A stretch of DNA of 29,269 nucleotides, from assembly GCA_038217285.1 (NCBI GenBank), contig JBBQPO010000041.1:1-29269 (forward strand), in the 5' to 3' direction. The notes beneath the pieces were generated by a model. That model searched no databases and was not told the origin of the DNA. It saw only the letters and a program-made list of their open reading frames with translations. Shown piece after piece: positions 25,139 through 29,269 of this stretch; the stretch's first letter is position 1, and each line of letters starts with the position of its first letter. This DNA is from Chthonomonadales bacterium. GTDB lineage: Bacteria > Armatimonadota > Chthonomonadetes > Chthonomonadales > Chthonomonadaceae. The translations under genes and the position numbers were made by a program.

Positions 25139-27463
25139 ATGAGGAACGATTTCAATCCGGTCTCTTTCGCTATCGGCTTTCTGGTGTTGACAACAACAGC
25201 TATCAGCCAGACACTTCCGCCGAAGGCGACGCCGCCTCTGTGGGGGAAAGCGATTGCAGGACAGCGATTCGATACACAGCCGTTCCATGAAATCGCGGTG
25301 CCCGCCTGGCTGGAAGAGACGACCCGCGTGACCTACTGCTTCTCCGTGATGAGTGCAGCGATGCGTGACCGTGCGACACAGGCCGGAAGTCAGGTGAGCG
25401 AAATGGGATTTGTGAATCCTTTCTTCGCCAACTACCCCAGCGCGATCCTCAAAAAGCGGGATCCCAATCTTCCTCAAGACTACATCGACAAGGAGATCGC
25501 CGATTACAAACGACGGCATGTCCGCATCCTCGCAGTGGTCCCTCCCGGACTTCAGGGCGAGATCTATGCGGCCCACCCCGACTGGCGGCGCATCTACACA
25601 GATACCCATTCGATTCCCCAGGTCGATATGAACGTCAGTCCTATTGGAGGGCCGCTCTGTCTGCTCGGGCCGTGGGGCGACAAACTGATCGACATTCTGG
25701 CGGAGATCCTCACCAAATACCCGGATGTCGATGCGTTCAGTTTTGACGGCCTGCACCATTCCGGCTACTGCTACTGCGAACACTGCCGTGAGAACTATCT
25801 CAAGGAGACAGGCCAGGAGATTCCTCCCGTCAACATGAACGACGTGGCCTTTCGGCGCTATCTGCTCTGGGAAGATCGCCGCCTCGAAGCGCTCCTAGAG
25901 CGGATGCAGACCCGCTTAAAAGCCATCAAGCCGACGGTTGCGCTCCTCACCTGGACGACCAATGCGGGACGATTCGGGCATTTCACGGACATCCCGCGCA
26001 ACATGTCTGCGCGCATGAATCTGCTGTTGGATGCGCCGGACCAGGAGTTCTGTATGGACGAGAGCAACCGGGGCAACACGCTGGTACCGGCATTTGCGAA
26101 CGCCGTGATCTGGGCGATGAGCAACCATCGTGTCGCGTTCAGTTCCCCCTATCTGTTTTCGCACGGGAATCCGTATGGCCCAGACAGTTTTCCGCCCCAG
26201 GAGGTGCTGCGGCGGATGCTGCTCGCCATGACCTATGGAGCGAGGCCGAGCATGGCGCTTGCGCAGCCCGCGACCCTGCAGGACGCCACCTACCAGAGCC
26301 TCCACGAGATTGCCCGATGCGAACCCTGGATCACGCATGTGCAGCCCGAGCCATGGGCGGCACTGCTGATGAGCGACACCACGCGCGTGTTTTATGGGCG
26401 GGAATCAGGAAGGGTCGAGGAGCGGTACCTGGCGAACGTGCTCGGTGCATTTCGCACCGGTGTCGAGGAGCACCTGCCCATTACAGTCATCAACGACTGG
26501 AACCTGAACGCTGAAGACCTATCGCGCTATAAAGTTCTGATCCTCCCGAACACGGCCTGTCTCAGTGAGGCCCAGGCGCATGCCATCGCCGACTACGTGA
26601 AGAACGGTGGAGGGCTGGTCGCGACGCTGGACACCTCGCTCTTCGACGAGATGGGCGAGCCGCGCAAGGATTTCGCGCTGGCCGATCTCTTCGGGGTGCA
26701 TTATAAGGGCATCCCAAAAGGCGACGGCGGCAAAACGGACGCACTAGACGTGAACTTTCTTAAAGGACTGGATACGACCTACTGGGAGAAGCGCAAGAAT
26801 ATCTACGATTTCCGGATGGCGACGAACTCCCTGAAAGATCCGGCGTGGGCCAATCCTCGCCTGCGTGCGTATATCGGGGAGGAACCTGTCACGTTTAAGG
26901 GGCAGGCAGTCGCGGTCGGGGATGTGAGCGCGGACGCGCACGTCATCGGCACCTTCGGCGTTCGGAGCATGCCGGGAACGCCTCTGCCCGCGATCGTGAC
27001 ACACGCCTACGGCAAAGGCCATGTGGTCTATATGGCGGCAGGGTTCGATGCAGCCTACTATAGCTACGCCTATCCCTACTACAGGCTGCTCCTCGCACAG
27101 GCGATTCGGCAGGTGGCGTCCACTCCCTTTGGGATCAGCGTGGAAGCGCCGATGTGTGTTCATGCGACCTACTACCGTCAGGACAAGCCGATTCAGGCGT
27201 CGCATACGCGCCTGGTCGTGCATCTCTACAACGATCTCAACAGTACAGGCGGGCACTCCAAGCCGGACGACGATGTTCCGCTGCGTGAAGAGATCGTTCC
27301 GATCCATGACATCCGCGTGCGCTTTTCGGGATACAACATCACCAGGGTTCACCTGGAGCCGAACAGTCGCCTGCTGCCGCTCAAACGCACAAAAACAGGC
27401 GTAGAGGTGATCGTGCCTTCCCTGGATATTCATAGTATGGTCGTCGCGGAACTCGCGCCCTGA
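25139..27463 (+). CDS. Exported glycoside-hydrolase-like protein (TIM barrel plus GH42-type trimerisation/GATase-like domain)
   Basis: Signal peptide; AAHPDW, DAFSFDG, YCYCEHC Zn-like cluster, LSRYKVLILPNTACLS...IADYVKNGGGLVAT...TSLFDE-G...DFALADLFGV, and YGKGHVVY. ATG 25139 with AGGAG RBS. Confidence 0.8.
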   Translation: MRNDFNPVSFAIGFLVLTTTAISQTLPPKATPPLWGKAIAGQRFDTQPFHEIAVPAWLEETTRVTYCFSVMSAAMRDRATQAGSQVSEMGFVNPFFANYPSAILKKRDPNLPQDYIDKEIADYKRRHVRILAVVPPGLQGEIYAAHPDWRRIYTDTHSIPQVDMNVSPIGGPLCLLGPWGDKLIDILAEILTKYPDVDAFSFDGLHHSGYCYCEHCRENYLKETGQEIPPVNMNDVAFRRYLLWEDRRLEALLERMQTRLKAIKPTVALLTWTTNAGRFGHFTDIPRNMSARMNLLLDAPDQEFCMDESNRGNTLVPAFANAVIWAMSNHRVAFSSPYLFSHGNPYGPDSFPPQEVLRRMLLAMTYGARPSMALAQPATLQDATYQSLHEIARCEPWITHVQPEPWAALLMSDTTRVFYGRESGRVEERYLANVLGAFRTGVEEHLPITVINDWNLNAEDLSRYKVLILPNTACLSEAQAHAIADYVKNGGGLVATLDTSLFDEMGEPRKDFALADLFGVHYKGIPKGDGGKTDALDVNFLKGLDTTYWEKRKNIYDFRMATNSLKDPAWANPRLRAYIGEEPVTFKGQAVAVGDVSADAHVIGTFGVRSMPGTPLPAIVTHAYGKGHVVYMAAGFDAAYYSYAYPYYRLLLAQAIRQVASTPFGISVEAPMCVHATYYRQDKPIQASHTRLVVHLYNDLNSTGGHSKPDDDVPLREEIVPIHDIRVRFSGYNITRVHLEPNSRLLPLKRTKTGVEVIVPSLDIHSMVVAELAP

Positions 27464-27567
27464 ACGCCGGAACCGTACGAGACGACAGGAGAGGAAAGAC
27501 ACGAACCGAGGCATCGAAACCCTCATCCTGATGTTATTGGCGATTGCTCAGAGGGTGCCTTCTTGGC

Positions 27568-29175
27568 TCAGTTGCGCTTTTTCGAGACGTTGCGTTCTTC
27601 CAGAGGATACTTTTGCAGGTAATCTTCGTAAGTGCCGGGGAAATCGACCCAGCCTTCCGGGGTGTAGGAGAGCAGACGGGTGGCGGCATCGGAGATCAGG
27701 TCGCGGTCGTGCGACACCAGAATGACGGTGCCGGGGAACTGCGACAAGCCCTCGCCCAACGCATTGACCGACTCCAGGTCCAGGTGGTTGGTTGGCTCGT
27801 CGAAGATCAAGACAGGGTCTTTCTGAAGCATCAGCTTCGCCAGCAGCAGCCGGGCCGTCTCCCCTCCCGACAGTTTGTCGGTCTGTTTCAGCGCCTCGTC
27901 TCCGGCAAACAGCATGCGGCCGAGAAGGCCACGCACGATCTGTGCATCGCCGTTCGGTTCGAACTGCATAATCCATTCGAGCGCTGTGATACCGGGCGGG
28001 ATCACTTCCGAGGTGTCCTGCGGATAGTAGCCCCAGCTCATGCCACTGCCCCACTTCACCGTCCCCGAATCGCTGGGCATATCGCCGATAAGGCAGCGCA
28101 GCAGGGTCGTCTTGCCAACGCCGTTGCCGCCGATGATCGCCAGTCGGTCGCCGCGCATGATCTCCAGGTTGACCTTGTTCAGAATAGGTTGATCGAACGC
28201 CTTGCACAGATCGCGGACGACGACCACCTCGCGCCCGGAAGGCTTGTTCTGCTCAAACCGAATGAAGGGCCGCTGAATGTTGGAGCGTTTCAGCTCGGTC
28301 GCACTCAGGCGAGCCATCTCCTTACGACGCGACTGGACCTGGCTCGACCGCTGACCGGCGGCGAAGCGGGAGACGAACTCCTGCAACTGCGCAACCTTTT
28401 TGGCCTTGTCCCGGTTTTCATTCTCGACGGTCGTGCGCGACTGCATCTTCTGCTCGACCATGTCGTCGTAGTTGCCGGTATAGATGATGATCGTATCGTA
28501 ATCGATGTCGGCGATATGGGTGCAGACCGCGTTGAGGAAGTGACGGTCGTGCGAAATGACGATGAGGGTGCCTTCGTAAGCGGTGAGGAACTCCTCCAGC
28601 CAGTGAATGGACTCCAGATCCATGTAGTTGGTCGGCTCGTCCAGGAGGAGCGCCTGCGGGTTGCCGAAGATCGCCTGCGCCAGCAGAACGCGAAACTTCA
28701 GGTCGTTGGGCAGCGTGGACATCGGCTCGGAATGCTGGGTGTCCGAGATGCCGATACCGCGCAGGATCTCCGCCGCCTCGATCTCGGCCATATAGCCGTT
28801 CTCATCCGCGACCGTGACCTCCAACTCGCCCAGTCGATCCATCATCTTATCGGTAAATTCGGCGGCGTTGCAGAGTTCGTTGCGCTCTTTGAGGGCGCTC
28901 CACAGCACGGCGTTGCCCATCATAACGGTATCGACAATGCGCTCGTTATCGAACGCATACTGGTCCTGTCGCAGCACGCCGACCTTCTTGGGCCGAATGA
29001 CCTTGCCGCGGTTCGTCGGCTCGACATCGCCCGTCAGGATCTTCATAAAAGTCGATTTGCCCGCCCCATTAGGCCCGGTCAGACCGTAGCGGTTGCCCGG
29101 AATGAACTTTACGGAGACTTCTTCAAACAGTACCCGTGCGCCAAAACTTTTTGTAACTTCGCTTACGACTATCAT
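27568..29175 (-). CDS. ABC-F family ATP-binding protein (YbiT/YkpA-like ribosome-associated ATPase)
   Basis: Two NBDs and no TM segments: GPNGAGKST...LLLDEPTN...ISHDRHFL, a helical linker, then GGNGVGKTT...LSGGE...FDEPTNHLD...VSHDR. Confidence 0.95.
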   Translation of the reverse strand: MIVVSEVTKSFGARVLFEEVSVKFIPGNRYGLTGPNGAGKSTFMKILTGDVEPTNRGKVIRPKKVGVLRQDQYAFDNERIVDTVMMGNAVLWSALKERNELCNAAEFTDKMMDRLGELEVTVADENGYMAEIEAAEILRGIGISDTQHSEPMSTLPNDLKFRVLLAQAIFGNPQALLLDEPTNYMDLESIHWLEEFLTAYEGTLIVISHDRHFLNAVCTHIADIDYDTIIIYTGNYDDMVEQKMQSRTTVENENRDKAKKVAQLQEFVSRFAAGQRSSQVQSRRKEMARLSATELKRSNIQRPFIRFEQNKPSGREVVVVRDLCKAFDQPILNKVNLEIMRGDRLAIIGGNGVGKTTLLRCLIGDMPSDSGTVKWGSGMSWGYYPQDTSEVIPPGITALEWIMQFEPNGDAQIVRGLLGRMLFAGDEALKQTDKLSGGETARLLLAKLMLQKDPVLIFDEPTNHLDLESVNALGEGLSQFPGTVILVSHDRDLISDAATRLLSYTPEGWVDFPGTYEDYLQKYPLEERNVSKKRN

Positions 29176-29269
29176 CTATGGCTGGTATCCTTCAACGCGT
29201 GTTTGACACGCAGATAGAGATCCTCTCTATCCACGGTTGGCGACAGGCAGAAGGGACGCCAAAAACAGC

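Noticed and set aside
27544-29217. 557-aa plus-strand ORF
   Set aside because: Antisense shadow of the ABC-F gene with no recognisable motifs. Such shadows are common in GC-rich DNA (likewise 9221-10639, 14968-16002, 22051-23409 and other overlapping ORFs in the track).

Overview
GC-rich bacterial chromosomal window with about 25 protein genes. I found no rRNA, tRNA, transposase or cas gene. The planctomycete-type PSCyt/PSD1 + DUF1501 pair, PQQ-like propellers and CAAX-like protease hint at an Armatimonadota/PVC-like host, which is inference only. In order: 3' end of a sugar-phosphate isomerase/epimerase; three DUF421 (YetF-like) paralogues; CAAX-protease-like gene; aldo/keto reductase; a disrupted exported beta-propeller gene; a minus-strand block of IMPase, sugar permease, beta-propeller, sugar-binding lipoprotein, PSCyt/PSD1 cytochrome c and DUF1501; trxB; NRAMP transporter; degenerate ADP-ribosylglycohydrolase; DeoR regulator; CpsB-type phosphatase; htrA-queC-degenerate aspartyl-protease-like gene; a glycoside-hydrolase-like gene; and an ABC-F ATPase. 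The most striking structure is the propeller gene at 3997-5815. It carries a 61-bp insertion (a duplicated 31-bp palindromic sequence resembling a type I-E CRISPR repeat plus a 30-bp unique spacer) that looks like off-target Cas1-Cas2 spacer integration. It also has an in-frame UGA that would complete a CxxU motif and is followed by a SECIS-like hairpin. A five-copy tandem GTAG-hairpin (REP-like) array lies at 12091-12218.
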